64,000 nucleotides of DNA, taken from Lysobacteraceae bacterium (GTDB lineage Bacteria > Pseudomonadota > Gammaproteobacteria > Xanthomonadales > Xanthomonadaceae). The position numbers were made by a program, and so were the translations under genes. Below are positions 45,733 through 56,900 of the stretch, in pieces. Below the pieces are notes generated by a model. That model searched no databases. It was not told the DNA's origin and saw only the letters and a program-made list of their open reading frames with translations. Numbering within the stretch: position 1 is the first letter of the stretch; each line of letters starts with the position of its first letter. Location of the stretch: the NCBI GenBank assembly GCA_031374725.1, contig JANMGT010000021.1, forward strand, positions 28,923 to 92,922, given 5' to 3'.

Positions 45733-46623
45733 ATGGCTTCATGCGAATTGTCATTAGAATCAGTCAGCTACGGCTATCAACGGGACCGGATGGCGGTGTC
45801 CGAGATCAGCTTAACCCTTGGCCGTGGCATCGTCGGCCTGCTCGGTCCGAACGGCGCCGGCAAATCGACGCTGATGCGGCTGCTGGCAACGCTGACCAAG
45901 CCGCGATCAGGCCGAATCCTTTGGAACGGCAGTGACATGGCCCGCGACCCCAATGCGCTGCGTCGCGACCTCGGTTTCCTGCCGCAGGATTTTGGCGTCT
46001 ACCCTGCCCTCACCGCACGCGAATTTCTCGTCTATTTGGCAGCGGTCAAGGGCTTGCCGAGCGCCCGTATCGCCGATCGCGTCGATGCCTGCCTCAGCAT
46101 GGTCGGCCTGAGCGATGCCGCCGATCGGCGTCTTGGCGGCTACTCCGGCGGGATGCGGCAGCGCGTCGGGATCGCCCAAGCGCTGTTGAACGACCCGAAG
46201 CTGTTGATCGTCGATGAACCGACTGTCGGCCTCGACCCGGAAGAGCGGATGCGCTTCCGACATCTACTCACTGATCTGGCTGGGCAACGGCTGGTTATCT
46301 TATCGACGCATATCGTCTCGGATGTGGAAGCGAGCGCGAACTCGCTGGCGGTGATGTCCGCAGGCCGTCTGCATTTCCACGGCAGTCCCGAGCACCTGAT
46401 CGCGCAAGCCGAAGGCCGGGTCTGGGAATGGACCGTCGATGCCGCTGCGCTTGCCGATGTGCGCGAACGCTTCGTGCTCAGCGGTTCGCTGCGTCGTCCC
46501 GAGGGCATTCGCATCCGTGTACTGAGCGCAGAGCAACCGACATCGATCGCGCAGCCCGTCGCCCCGGAACTCGAAGATGCGTATGGATGGTTAGTCGGCA
46601 CAACCGCGAAAGGAGCGCACTGA
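45733..46623 (+). CDS. ABC transporter ATP-binding protein (exporter type)
   Basis: GPNGAGKST, YSGGMRQR, IVDEPT, LSTH. Confidence 0.95.
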   Translation: MASCELSLESVSYGYQRDRMAVSEISLTLGRGIVGLLGPNGAGKSTLMRLLATLTKPRSGRILWNGSDMARDPNALRRDLGFLPQDFGVYPALTAREFLVYLAAVKGLPSARIADRVDACLSMVGLSDAADRRLGGYSGGMRQRVGIAQALLNDPKLLIVDEPTVGLDPEERMRFRHLLTDLAGQRLVILSTHIVSDVEASANSLAVMSAGRLHFHGSPEHLIAQAEGRVWEWTVDAAALADVRERFVLSGSLRRPEGIRIRVLSAEQPTSIAQPVAPELEDAYGWLVGTTAKGAH

Positions 46624-46624
46624 G

Positions 46625-48178
46625 ATGGAAGCCCTGCATCGATTCCTCGGCATCGTCTCCGCCGATCTGCGGCAACGCACGCGCAGTTTTCGCTTCTGGG
46701 CGACGATCCTCGCCTTGGGCATCGCGACGTGGTGGTTTCTACCGCCGATCGAAGCCGGCTATGCGACGTTGACGCTCAGCGATCACAGCCGCGGCTACTA
46801 CTCCAGCGCATGGATCGGCATGACGCTCGCGCTGATCTACGGCTCGTTTTTGACCCTCGGCGGTTTCTATCTGGTGCGCGGCACGGTCGTGCGCGACATC
46901 GACACGCGCGTGTGGCAGTTGCTGATGTCCACGCCGATGACCCGCGCCGGCTATCTGCTCGCGAAATGGTTCAGCCATATGGCGGTTTTCGCGACGATTA
47001 TGTGCAGCGGCATTGCAATTGCGCTGGCGATGCAATGGTTCATCGGCGAGGATCGCACGCTCGATCCGATCGCGATGGCGAAACCGGTGCTGTTATTGAG
47101 CATGCCGGGTTTGGCGATCACCGCAGCGCTTGCGATTTGGTTCGATCTGTTGCCATGGTTCCGACGCACCTTGGGTAACGTCGCGTATTTCTTCGTCTGG
47201 ATCGTGCTGCTCACTTCGTCGCTCGCACCATTGTCAGAGGGCAACGGCAGCCGCATGCGCAACAGTTGGTTCAGCGATCCGAGCGGCTTGTCGGTCGCCG
47301 CACTCAGCTTCGCCGAAACGCGCGAACGGCAAACGGGCAAATCGCCGGAATTCGGATTCAATTTGGGGGTGCCCGCCGAACGCGATCATCCGCTCGAGCG
47401 CTTCGAGTGGACGACATGGCGGATGCCTACGCAACATTGGGCAGGTCGCGGATTGTGGATCGCGATCGCATTGACTTTGGTGCTCGCAGCCGCGCCGCTG
47501 TTGGATTGGGCCGCCGCCAGAGGCAGCAGCGCGAAAACACGCAGCACGGCGGGGCGCCGACTGCGTTGGCTCGACCGGATACTCGATCCGTTCGCGCGTG
47601 GAGCGTTCGCTACGCTGACCGTGGCCGAACTCAAACTCAGCCTTCGCCAGCGCGGACTATGGTGGTGGCTAGCGGCGGCTGGCGCGATGCTAGCGCAGAT
47701 GTTCAGTAGTACAGAGGTGATGCAGACTGCGATGCTACTGGCATGGGTATTGCCGCTAGACGTGCTTGCACGCAGCATCCTGCGCGAACGCGAATACGGC
47801 ACCGGCGAGTTGACCTTCACCGCGCAGGGCGCGAATGCCCGTGTTCTTGGCGTGCGTTTCGCAGTGGCGATATCGCTGATGTTCGCGCTGAGCGTACCCG
47901 GCCTGCTGCGGCTCGCGATCGCCGCGCCGCAGTCTGCGCTGGCAGCTGCGATTGTGCTGCTATCGATCGTGAGTTGGGGTTTGAGCCTCGGCGCGCTGTG
48001 CCGAAATGGCCGGCTATTCGAATTGTTGTTGTTGATAGGCGTGTATATCGGTGTACAAGGCGATGGCCTTCTGGTCTTCGCTAACGACCCCTTGAGGATA
48101 ACGGCATGGCATGCGGTAGCGCTGGTGCCGGCATGGGCGCTACTGCTCTGGTCGTGGCCGAAGTTGCGGCAGCGCTGA
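46625..48178 (+). CDS. ABC-2-type permease (multi-TM)
   Basis: Many TM segments; LMSTPMTRAGYLLAKW; starts 1 bp after the ATPase stop. Confidence 0.85.
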   Translation: MEALHRFLGIVSADLRQRTRSFRFWATILALGIATWWFLPPIEAGYATLTLSDHSRGYYSSAWIGMTLALIYGSFLTLGGFYLVRGTVVRDIDTRVWQLLMSTPMTRAGYLLAKWFSHMAVFATIMCSGIAIALAMQWFIGEDRTLDPIAMAKPVLLLSMPGLAITAALAIWFDLLPWFRRTLGNVAYFFVWIVLLTSSLAPLSEGNGSRMRNSWFSDPSGLSVAALSFAETRERQTGKSPEFGFNLGVPAERDHPLERFEWTTWRMPTQHWAGRGLWIAIALTLVLAAAPLLDWAAARGSSAKTRSTAGRRLRWLDRILDPFARGAFATLTVAELKLSLRQRGLWWWLAAAGAMLAQMFSSTEVMQTAMLLAWVLPLDVLARSILREREYGTGELTFTAQGANARVLGVRFAVAISLMFALSVPGLLRLAIAAPQSALAAAIVLLSIVSWGLSLGALCRNGRLFELLLLIGVYIGVQGDGLLVFANDPLRITAWHAVALVPAWALLLWSWPKLRQR

Positions 48179-48188
48179 ACACGTCCAC

Positions 48189-48276
48189 CCCCGGACCAAG
48201 TCCGGGGCAGGCTCTAAACGTGCTCAGAGCCTGTTTACCATTTCCGCATGCTTCGCGGAGATCGTGAACAGGCTCT
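48189..48276. repeat. REP/MITE-like palindromes between convergent genes
   Basis: ccccgga-ccaag-tccgggg hairpin followed by caggctctaa; inverted repeat agagcctgtttac (48226) / gtgaacaggctct (to 48276). Confidence 0.7.
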
Positions 48277-48412
48277 AAGGAATGGGTGTCGCGTTCAAGC
48301 TTCTAACCGTCGCCTCGGACGCATCCGCGGCGACGGTTATCGATGAAGCGGAGCGTTCGGCGATGCAGACTCATCGCATACCACTCTGCACAACTGGATT
48401 GATGGGCCTGGG

Positions 48413-49039
48413 TTACTTTTCGAAGGACACCGAAATTTCCGCAGGCTTGCTCAGTTTGATGGTGAGCGTGATCTTGAAACCCCTCGCGCTGCTGCCCGAC
48501 GAAGGATCGGCTTCGCAGACCGCGCCATCGCAGGCGTTGCTGCTGCGCTTGATAGTGACGCTTTTGAAATGAGTACCGCGCAGCTCAGCGTCCGCGCCGT
48601 CGAACGAAAAACCGTTCCTGACCAAGATCGCCTGCATCGTCGCGGTATCGTTGCGCGATAGCGCATCGACCATCGCTTGCGATTCTTCCGACGATGCGTT
48701 GATGCGATCGACTGCGGATTGCGCGGATGTACACAGCTTGATGCGCCTGCCGGTAGCGAGGCCGCTGGAGGAATCGCCTGGGCTAGCAACACGCTTAATG
48801 CCTTTTTCCCGGATGCCCTTGCCGTTTATGTTGATGCCCTTGCGGTAAGTCACTTCGCCTCCATCGACGGAAGCGGTCCGGCAGGCATCGGCATTTTCCG
48901 GGGTCGTTGCAACAAAGGATTCCGTTGTTTGAGCGGCCGCGCGGCTGGCGTTCTGCGCGATCGCCAAACTGTTAGTCAGCAAGCCCACGCCCAGAACAGC
49001 GCTTATCAACGCGGCGCGGGCGGCAATTGTCTTCGTCAT
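48413..49039 (-). CDS. Secreted hypothetical protein with Cys residues
   Basis: AGGAG RBS; Sec-type signal peptide; 208 aa. Confidence 0.75.
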   Translation of the reverse strand: MTKTIAARAALISAVLGVGLLTNSLAIAQNASRAAAQTTESFVATTPENADACRTASVDGGEVTYRKGININGKGIREKGIKRVASPGDSSSGLATGRRIKLCTSAQSAVDRINASSEESQAMVDALSRNDTATMQAILVRNGFSFDGADAELRGTHFKSVTIKRSSNACDGAVCEADPSSGSSARGFKITLTIKLSKPAEISVSFEK

Positions 49040-49090
49040 GGTCTTTCTCCTGGCTGGTTGATCTGCCGCGATATGCGACCGACGCTTACC

Positions 49091-49117
49091 AGTCGTGGCC
49101 CGACGGGAGAAGGTTCA
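49091..49117 (-). promoter_or_regulatory. Candidate ECF-sigma promoter (TGAACC-N16-CGACT)
   Basis: Minus-strand motif about 50 bp upstream of the 49039 ATG, next to an ECF operon; generic ECF resemblance only. Confidence 0.3.
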
Positions 49118-50476
49118 ACGAATCGAAAACTTTTTTTCCGGCAGCCGGAATAGGCCCGCACCGTAGACAGGGTCCGGCCCTGCAGCGCCCAAATCCTGGG
49201 CAGCCGCCCTCACGCTTGCCCGCATCGCACGCGGGTCATGGCTGCTGGCGCATTCGGGCATACGCAGCAAGTTACCTGCAACGAAGGCCGTGGCCATCGA
49301 GCTGCCGGACATGCGCCGATAGCCACCGCCCTTCGCGGCGGGCACCGGCACGAACACATCGACGCCGACAGCGGCGATATCGATGCGCGCCGCATGCGTG
49401 GCGAATGCATAAGGCTTGAGTTTGTCGTCGATCGCGGCCACCGCCAGACTGGCGGGATGGCTGGCCGGGAAAGGCACGGCTGCGCGAGCACCGCCATTTC
49501 CGCCTGCCGCAGCGACGCAAACACCGCGCCGATTGATTTCATCAAGCAAGCGCACGAGCAGCGGATCGTTCTTTCCGCCGAAAGACAGATTCAACACATC
49601 GGGCTTGAGGATGGCCGCCGCGTCCATGGCTTTGGCGAGATTCGACGTGGTGGCGACGGAGACGCCGTCTTTGCGCTGAGTAAAGGCCGCGAAGTTGACC
49701 AAGCGGGCGCCGCGTGCCACGCCGGGGACTTCCGCGCTGGTGCCGACGATCAGCCCGGCAAGGGCTGTGCCGTGCGCCGCGGGCGAGGCATCAGCGACGA
49801 AGGCTGTCTGCTCGATGCGCGCGGCTTTGAGCGCCGGATGGTCGAGAGCAACGGCGGTATCGATCATCGCGATCGTGCCGCTCACATGCTGTGTGGAGGT
49901 GTCGCTCAACCCGTGTACGGCAAAGCGTTTCGGCAACGCGGCACCCGCATCGCCGAGCGTTTGCGAGAGCAGATTCTGTTGCAGGTCTTGCACGCCTGGC
50001 TGCGCGGCGAGTCGGGCCTGCGCAGCGGCGAGGCTGTCGCCCTTGCGCAGGCGAACGACCACGAGCACGCTGTTGAGGCTTTGCAGCGGCGCCGATTCGA
50101 TCACATCGACGCCGGCAGCTGTAGCGATCACGCTGGCATCAGCGGTGGTCGTGAATACCAATTGGTCCGACAGTGCATCGGCAATCGCGCTGTCGCGCAG
50201 TGCCAGCAATGCGCCAAGAGCGCCTAGATCGAGCGAAAAACCGCCGAGCGATAGGCGATTGCCGGATCGAGGCCGATCCGGCTCATGCCTTGGCCCGACA
50301 TCGATCGTTTGCGCCTGCGCGGTCGGCCCCAACGACAACAGCAGCGCGGCCGATAGCAGCGTCATCCCCGCAATACGCTGACTGACGTGCCGCTTACTGG
50401 CGTGCCGCGTATCGATGCCCCACTGATGGATGCCGCGCTGATGGATGCCGCGTTTGCTCATGAACAGCCTCATCAC
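49115..50476 (-). CDS. S8 subtilisin-like serine peptidase (secreted)
   Basis: Catalytic triad motifs IAMIDT, HGTALAG, SGSSMATAFVAG; LNLSFGG; signal peptide and prodomain. Start uncertain. Confidence 0.9.
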   Translation of the reverse strand: MMRLFMSKRGIHQRGIHQWGIDTRHASKRHVSQRIAGMTLLSAALLLSLGPTAQAQTIDVGPRHEPDRPRSGNRLSLGGFSLDLGALGALLALRDSAIADALSDQLVFTTTADASVIATAAGVDVIESAPLQSLNSVLVVVRLRKGDSLAAAQARLAAQPGVQDLQQNLLSQTLGDAGAALPKRFAVHGLSDTSTQHVSGTIAMIDTAVALDHPALKAARIEQTAFVADASPAAHGTALAGLIVGTSAEVPGVARGARLVNFAAFTQRKDGVSVATTSNLAKAMDAAAILKPDVLNLSFGGKNDPLLVRLLDEINRRGVCVAAAGGNGGARAAVPFPASHPASLAVAAIDDKLKPYAFATHAARIDIAAVGVDVFVPVPAAKGGGYRRMSGSSMATAFVAGNLLRMPECASSHDPRAMRASVRAAAQDLGAAGPDPVYGAGLFRLPEKKFSIR

Positions 50477-51213
50477 GATCCGCGCCCGACAAAAACCACT
50501 AACGGCGAGGCCCGCAAGGCGCGCTCCAACGCGTCGATCTGTGTCGGACTCAATGCCGCATTAGGCGCCACATCGATCATGCCATCCTGCGGGCCGGCGA
50601 CGATCCGTAGGTCTTGGCTATCCAGAAATGCGAGGACATCTCCCCAGCGTGCGCTCGACTGCAGGCGCAGGGTGAAGAGGCTAGCGCTGCGCTGCGAATG
50701 TTCCGGCCCGGACAGCGATGCGTAGCTGTCATCGGTCTGGGCTTGCCGGCTGATGAGCAAGCCGCCTTGCACAACGGCAACGGCCGCTAGGCCTGCTGCC
50801 AACGCCATGCTGTAGGGCGGCCGGAACAGGCGTTCTCGAAACGGCAGCGGCCGGACATTGCGACTGGGGCTACTAGGGCTGTCCAGCGAACTGACGGTCG
50901 CTCGCTGCAGAGGTGTTATTGCAGTTTGCGACTGTTTCTCTGCAAGCGGTTCTTCTGCAAGCGGCTCTTCAACAAGCCGCGTCATCAGCTTTTCGAGACG
51001 CGCAGCAGGCGCGGCCATATCGTCACCCACCAGCTCGGCGCCGCCGCCCTTCACCAGCGCGGCCACCGCCTGAACTTCGACCAGCTCGGCGCGCAGCTCT
51101 GGCATCTGCGCCAACGCGGCGGCGACCCTCGCATGTTGCTCAGGCGGCAGGCTGCCGTTGACGTAGAACGGCAACAGCGCGGCCAGCGCATCGAAACTAT
51201 CCGCCTCGCTCAT
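50473..51213 (-). CDS. Anti-sigma factor (membrane-anchored)
   Basis: Start MSEADSF at 51213 (ATGA overlap with the sigma stop); LLPFYVNGSL anti-sigma domain; TM helix; periplasmic C-domain. Confidence 0.82.
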   Translation of the reverse strand: MSEADSFDALAALLPFYVNGSLPPEQHARVAAALAQMPELRAELVEVQAVAALVKGGGAELVGDDMAAPAARLEKLMTRLVEEPLAEEPLAEKQSQTAITPLQRATVSSLDSPSSPSRNVRPLPFRERLFRPPYSMALAAGLAAVAVVQGGLLISRQAQTDDSYASLSGPEHSQRSASLFTLRLQSSARWGDVLAFLDSQDLRIVAGPQDGMIDVAPNAALSPTQIDALERALRASPLVVFVGRGS

Positions 51214-51776
51214 GATTCGCGCTCCTGCAGCAGCGTACGCAGTTGCCTGCGCGCGTGAAAAAGTCTGGTCTTTACCGTATTTTCTGGACAATCCATGATC
51301 GCGGCGATCTCCGCCAGCGGCTTCTCCTCGAAGTAACAAAGCCAAACCGTCTCGCGGTGTTCGCTGCTCAGTCGTTGCAACTGGCGCCGAAGTTCATCTC
51401 CCATTGAGATTGTTTCGGCATGGTCGGCTGGCGTATCGGCCTCGTCCGCGCGGGCTTCAAAGGCTGCCGCCTCGTCATCGCTGCTCGCCAATCGCTCGCG
51501 ATTTTTTCTGATCAGGTCGATTGCCTTATTGCGCACGATATGCCGGATCCAGCCTTCGGCGCTGCCCTCGCCTGCGTAGCGCGCGGCGGATCGCCAGATA
51601 TCGAAAAAGGCCTCGTCCACGGCATCGGCGGCGGTTTCGCGGTCGCCTGCGAGCAAACCTGTGGCATAGCGCACCATTGCGGGCTGTTGTGCGTTGTAGA
51701 GGTCGGCGAATGCGGCTTGGCTGCCGCTGGCGACAGCGGCGATCAATTCGCGTGGATCGCGTGCGCTGCTCTCCAT
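51210..51776 (-). CDS. ECF RNA polymerase sigma factor
   Basis: AAFADLY, DAVDEAFFDIWR, WIRHIVRNKAID, region 4 LAEIAAIMDCPENTVKTRLFHAR. Start MESSARD at 51776. Confidence 0.93.
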   Translation of the reverse strand: MESSARDPRELIAAVASGSQAAFADLYNAQQPAMVRYATGLLAGDRETAADAVDEAFFDIWRSAARYAGEGSAEGWIRHIVRNKAIDLIRKNRERLASSDDEAAAFEARADEADTPADHAETISMGDELRRQLQRLSSEHRETVWLCYFEEKPLAEIAAIMDCPENTVKTRLFHARRQLRTLLQERES

Positions 51777-51909
51777 CGCTATCGCCCCCTGCCCATGATG
51801 CGGCGCCGAATGTCGTGTAGGCAGTCGGAAGCGCTGCCGGCCTGCGCGGATGGTCGCGGCCCGGGTCGCGCGTGTCAATCGTCGCTCAAGTTGGAGCAAG
51901 CGGTCGGAA

Positions 51910-51944
51910 CGAACAGCCCGAAGCGAACAGCCCGAAGCGAACAG
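51910..51944. repeat. 14-bp tandem repeat x2.5 in a divergent intergenic region
   Basis: cgaacagcccgaag x2 plus cgaacag. Confidence 0.85.
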
Positions 51945-51996
51945 TATGACCAACCGATATCGGATTCGAAGGCCCCGCTTCTGGCAAAATAGGCGA

Positions 51997-52710
51997 ATGC
52001 GCCTCAACAAACACATCAGCGACACCGGATACTGCTCGCGCCGCGAGGCCGACAGACTTATCGGCGAAGGCCGAATCACCGTCAATGGCCAGCGCGCGCG
52101 CATCGGCGCGGAGCTCGCGGATGGCGACGAGGTCCAGATCGACGGCCAGAGCCTACGGGCACGGGTCGCCGCTAAAGGCAAGCGCCGCCACGTCTATATC
52201 GCACTGAACAAGCCGGTAGGCATCATCTGCACCACCGAAGATGGCGTGAAGGGCAATATCGTCGAATTCATCGACCACGAGCAGCGCATTTTTCCGATCG
52301 GCCGCCTCGACAAAGAGTCTGAGGGCTTAATCCTGCTGACCAGCAACGGCGACATCGTCAACGCCATTCTTCGCGCCGAGAACAAGCTGGAAAAAGAGTA
52401 TCTGGTCGCGGTGAATCGCCGCGTGACCGACGAATTTCTACGCGGCATGAGCCGCGGCGTGCCGCTGCATGGCGAAACCACCCTGCCCTGCAAGACCGGC
52501 AAACTCGGCCCGGTCGGCTTCAGAGTCGTATTAGTGCAGGGCCTAAACCGGCAAATTCGCCTGATGGCTGCGCATTTCGACTACCGCGTGAAACAGTTGA
52601 TGCGCGTGCGGATCGGCAATATCAAACTCGGACATCTCAAACCCGGACAGTGGCGCAATCTCACCGATGCCGAGTTGCGCGGCCTGCTGCCGACTCACGA
52701 AGACTGGTAA
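51997..52710 (+). CDS. rluF: 23S rRNA pseudouridine synthase (RluF-like, RsuA family)
   Basis: MRLNKHIS S4 domain; LNKPVG, GRLDKESEGL, QGLNRQIR. Confidence 0.88.
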   Translation: MRLNKHISDTGYCSRREADRLIGEGRITVNGQRARIGAELADGDEVQIDGQSLRARVAAKGKRRHVYIALNKPVGIICTTEDGVKGNIVEFIDHEQRIFPIGRLDKESEGLILLTSNGDIVNAILRAENKLEKEYLVAVNRRVTDEFLRGMSRGVPLHGETTLPCKTGKLGPVGFRVVLVQGLNRQIRLMAAHFDYRVKQLMRVRIGNIKLGHLKPGQWRNLTDAELRGLLPTHEDW

Positions 52711-52721
52711 GCGCTCTGCGA

Positions 52722-52916
52722 TCAGACAGCGATCGTCGCATTCCATTGATGCACCAAGCCCTGATCGGCCCACTCGCGCAAGATCGCGATGACCCGCGCA
52801 GGCACCTGCTCCGGCGCATGAAGTTGCTGTAGCGCTTCGCAGACCTCGGCCATCCCGGCGCCGTTGGCGAATTGCTCGAACGCGATGGCTTCGTCATCGA
52901 CGAAGGATAGGAACAA
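52722..52916 (-). pseudogene. Possible C-terminal remnant of a DUF2063/HvfC-like protein
   Basis: DEAIAFEQFANGAGMAEVCEAL...ILREWADQGL resembles that C-terminus from memory; in-frame stop about 30 nt upstream; no RBS. Confidence 0.35.
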
Positions 52917-52950
52917 CGATGCGTCGCCCGAACAGGGCGAATCTCGCTAA

Positions 52951-54111
<1,161 letters not shown>

Positions 54112-54186
54112 ATCGTCGTGCTGTCGCCCAGTTTCGAACAGCAGTTCGGGCGACTCGATATGATGGAGTCACACAATTTCTGAGGA

Positions 54187-54633
54187 ATGGTAGTGATGCT
54201 GCGGACGAGTGCCGATTTCGACGATATCGATCTGGCGCTGGTGCATCGCTTTTTATCCCGCGAGTCCTACTGGGCCGCAGACATTCCTTTCGACACGCTG
54301 GAGCGCGCGCTGCGCCATTCCGTTTGCTGTAGCGGGCACCTGGACGGCGTCGGTCAGATCGCTTTCGCCCGCGCTGTAACAGATCAGGCCACCTTCGCTT
54401 ATCTCGCCGATGTCTTCGTGCTGCCCGAGTACCGAGGCCGCGGCTATGGGTGCACCGTGGTCGAAACGCTGATGGCCGACTCGCGCTTGAAGGGCTTGCG
54501 CCGCTGGCATCTAGTCACGCGCGATATGCAGCAGATGTACACCACACTTGGTTTCGTGCCGCTGACGCAGCCGGAACGACACATGCAAAAACACGACCCG
54601 GATGTTTATCGCCGGCAAGCATCCGACATATGA
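54187..54633 (+). CDS. GNAT N-acetyltransferase
   Basis: YLADVFVLPEYRGRGYG acetyl-CoA motif. Confidence 0.9.
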   Translation: MVVMLRTSADFDDIDLALVHRFLSRESYWAADIPFDTLERALRHSVCCSGHLDGVGQIAFARAVTDQATFAYLADVFVLPEYRGRGYGCTVVETLMADSRLKGLRRWHLVTRDMQQMYTTLGFVPLTQPERHMQKHDPDVYRRQASDI

Positions 54634-55847
54634 TCGAATCGCGCATCATCACTCGCCTGCAAGAGCTTCCCGCATCCTCCTGGGATGCACTTCATGACGG
54701 CGATAATCCCTTCGTATCGCACGCATTCCTGAGCGGGCTTGAAACCTACGGCTGCCTGCGCGACGACTGGGGCTGGACGCCGCAGCACCTCACGCTTTGG
54801 GAAAACGACACGCTGATCGCAGCGGCACCGGGCTATCTCAAAACCAATTCGCACGGCGAGTTCGTATTCGATCACGCCTGGGCGCGCGCCTACGCGCACT
54901 ACGGCCGCAACTACTACCCGAAGTGGCTGTGCGCGGTGCCCTACTCGCCCGTCACTGGGCCGCGGTTGCTCGCCCGGGATGCAGCCGGACGCAGCGCTCT
55001 GCTCGATGCGATGCACGCGCTGGTGCTCGAGCGCGGCTGGTCGTCGGCGCACGTCAATTTCCATCATGCCAATGAGATTCCAGTATTTGAAGCCTCAGCA
55101 TTTGCAGCCTCAGCAGTTGAAGCAGCCGCATTTGAACCAGCGGCATTCGAGGAATCGGCATCCGATGGCGAATGGCTGGCACGAATCGATGTGCAATACC
55201 ACTGGCGCAACGATGCTGGATGGCAGAATTTCGATGACTTTCTCGGCGCGATGAACCACAAACATCGCAAAAACATCCGTCAGGAACGCGCAAAAGTGGC
55301 GAAGGCCGGCGTCGCCTTCCGAATCGTGCATGGCAACGAGGCGAGCGAAGCCGATTTGATCGCGATGCATGGCTTCTACCTGCAAACCTTCGCCGATTAC
55401 GGCAATTCGCCAGCGTTGACGCTCGAATTCCTGCAGCATCTCGCACGAACGATGCCGCGCCTACTGGTGTTGATTCTCGCCGATCACGCTGGCGAGACCA
55501 TCGCCGGCGCACTGTGTCTGCGCGGCGGCGAGACGCTGTACGGGCGCTACTGGGGCGCCTCGCGCACCCTGCCCGGCCTGCATTTCGAGACCTGCTATTA
55601 CCAGGGCATCGATTACTGCCTGCGCGAAGGCCTGCGACGATTCGAGCCCGGTGCCCAAGGCGAGCACAAGATCGACCGCGGATTTTTGCCGGCCTTCGTC
55701 CATAGCCGGCATTGGATCGCCGACCCGGGTTTTTCTCGCGCGCTCAGGCGTTGGTGCGACGAAGAAGCCGCAGCCGTGCGCGGTTTCGCGCGAGAATTGC
55801 GCGAGCGTTCGCCGTTCCGCGAGCCGCAGCTCCTCCGCCCGGAATGA
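54630..55847 (+). CDS. FemAB-related GNAT family protein (DUF482-type)
   Basis: Start MIESR at 54630 (ATGA overlap); YLKTNSHGEFVFDHAWA, LYGRYWG, HFETCYYQGI, GAQGEHK. Confidence 0.88.
   Translation: MIESRIITRLQELPASSWDALHDGDNPFVSHAFLSGLETYGCLRDDWGWTPQHLTLWENDTLIAAAPGYLKTNSHGEFVFDHAWARAYAHYGRNYYPKWLCAVPYSPVTGPRLLARDAAGRSALLDAMHALVLERGWSSAHVNFHHANEIPVFEASAFAASAVEAAAFEPAAFEESASDGEWLARIDVQYHWRNDAGWQNFDDFLGAMNHKHRKNIRQERAKVAKAGVAFRIVHGNEASEADLIAMHGFYLQTFADYGNSPALTLEFLQHLARTMPRLLVLILADHAGETIAGALCLRGGETLYGRYWGASRTLPGLHFETCYYQGIDYCLREGLRRFEPGAQGEHKIDRGFLPAFVHSRHWIADPGFSRALRRWCDEEAAAVRGFARELRERSPFREPQLLRPE
55086..55160. repeat. 15-bp in-frame degenerate tandem repeat x5
   Basis: FEASA-FAASA-VEAAA-FEPAA-FEESA. 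Confidence 0.8.
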
Positions 55848-56587
55848 TCATCTATCTGCCCCCGCTGGGGCCTTCGCCCGACGCGCCTTTCCCGCCCGCC
55901 GCTCAAGCGTTGACAGAGCCCGAAGGCCTGCTGGCGATGGGCGGCGACTTGCACCCGGATCGGCTCATCAACGCCTATCGGCACGGCATTTTTCCCTGGT
56001 ATTCGGAGGGCGAGCCGATCCTGTGGTGGTGCCCCGACCCGCGGGTCGTGTTTCGCACCGATACATTCCGCTTGTCCACGCGATTCCGTCGCGGATTGCG
56101 CCGCAGCGGCTGGGTGGTGCGCGCAGACACGAGGTTCATCGAGGTGTTGGATGCCTGCGCTCAAACGCTTAGGCTGGGCCAGGACGGCACGTGGATTACG
56201 CCGCAGATGCGCGAGGCCTATCTCACGCTGCACCAGTTGGGCCATGCGCACAGCATCGAAGTCTTCGATAGCGACCGCCCCGACAGTCGCTTGGTCGGCG
56301 GCCTGTACGGCATCGCGATCGGGCACATGTTTTTCGGCGAAAGCATGGTCAGCTTGGACTCCGGCGGCTCGAAAGTCGCCATCGGCGCGCTGGCGAAACG
56401 CTTGTGGGAGTGGGGCTGGCCGCTGATCGATGGTCAGGTCGAAAACCCGCACTTACTGCGCCTAGGTGCCGAACACTGGCCGCGTATGCGATTTTTGGCC
56501 GAAGTCGAAGCGCTAGCCGCGCGCCCTGGCCGCATCGGGGCCTGGACCGAGACATTCGGTCGTCTCGCCGCCGCCGATCTGGCCTGA
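55844..56587 (+). CDS. aat: Leucyl/phenylalanyl-tRNA--protein transferase
   Basis: [39 protein letters not shown]; start at 55844 (ATGA overlap). Confidence 0.96.
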   Translation: MIIYLPPLGPSPDAPFPPAAQALTEPEGLLAMGGDLHPDRLINAYRHGIFPWYSEGEPILWWCPDPRVVFRTDTFRLSTRFRRGLRRSGWVVRADTRFIEVLDACAQTLRLGQDGTWITPQMREAYLTLHQLGHAHSIEVFDSDRPDSRLVGGLYGIAIGHMFFGESMVSLDSGGSKVAIGALAKRLWEWGWPLIDGQVENPHLLRLGAEHWPRMRFLAEVEALAARPGRIGAWTETFGRLAAADLA

Positions 56588-56681
56588 GACATCCGGTTTT
56601 TTGCGCCAAGGCCGCTGGCGTGGCAGAATGCGCGGCTCGCCTGGGCATCCGCCCGGGATTTCCTACGGCAGCACAGGACGC

Positions 56682-56900
56682 ATGGCGAAAGACGACGTCA
56701 TCGAATTCGAAGGTACGGTCTCCGAAACCCTCCCGAACACTATGTTTCGGGTAAAGCTGGAGAATGGGCACGAAATCATCGCCCATATTTCCGGACGCAT
56801 GCGCAAGAATTACATCCGTATCCTGACTGGCGATAAGGTAAAAGTCGAAATGACGCCTTACGACCTGACCAAGGGCCGGATCACCTACCGCATGAAGTGA
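56682..56900 (+). CDS. infA: Translation initiation factor IF-1
   Basis: [11 protein letters not shown]...[19 protein letters not shown]...GRITYR. Confidence 0.98.
   Translation: MAKDDVIEFEGTVSETLPNTMFRVKLENGHEIIAHISGRMRKNYIRILTGDKVKVEMTPYDLTKGRITYRMK

Noticed and set aside
49081-49090. GTAAGCGTC on the minus strand as the second IS66 end
   Set aside because: Only a 9-bp match, with no transposase remnant or target duplication nearby.
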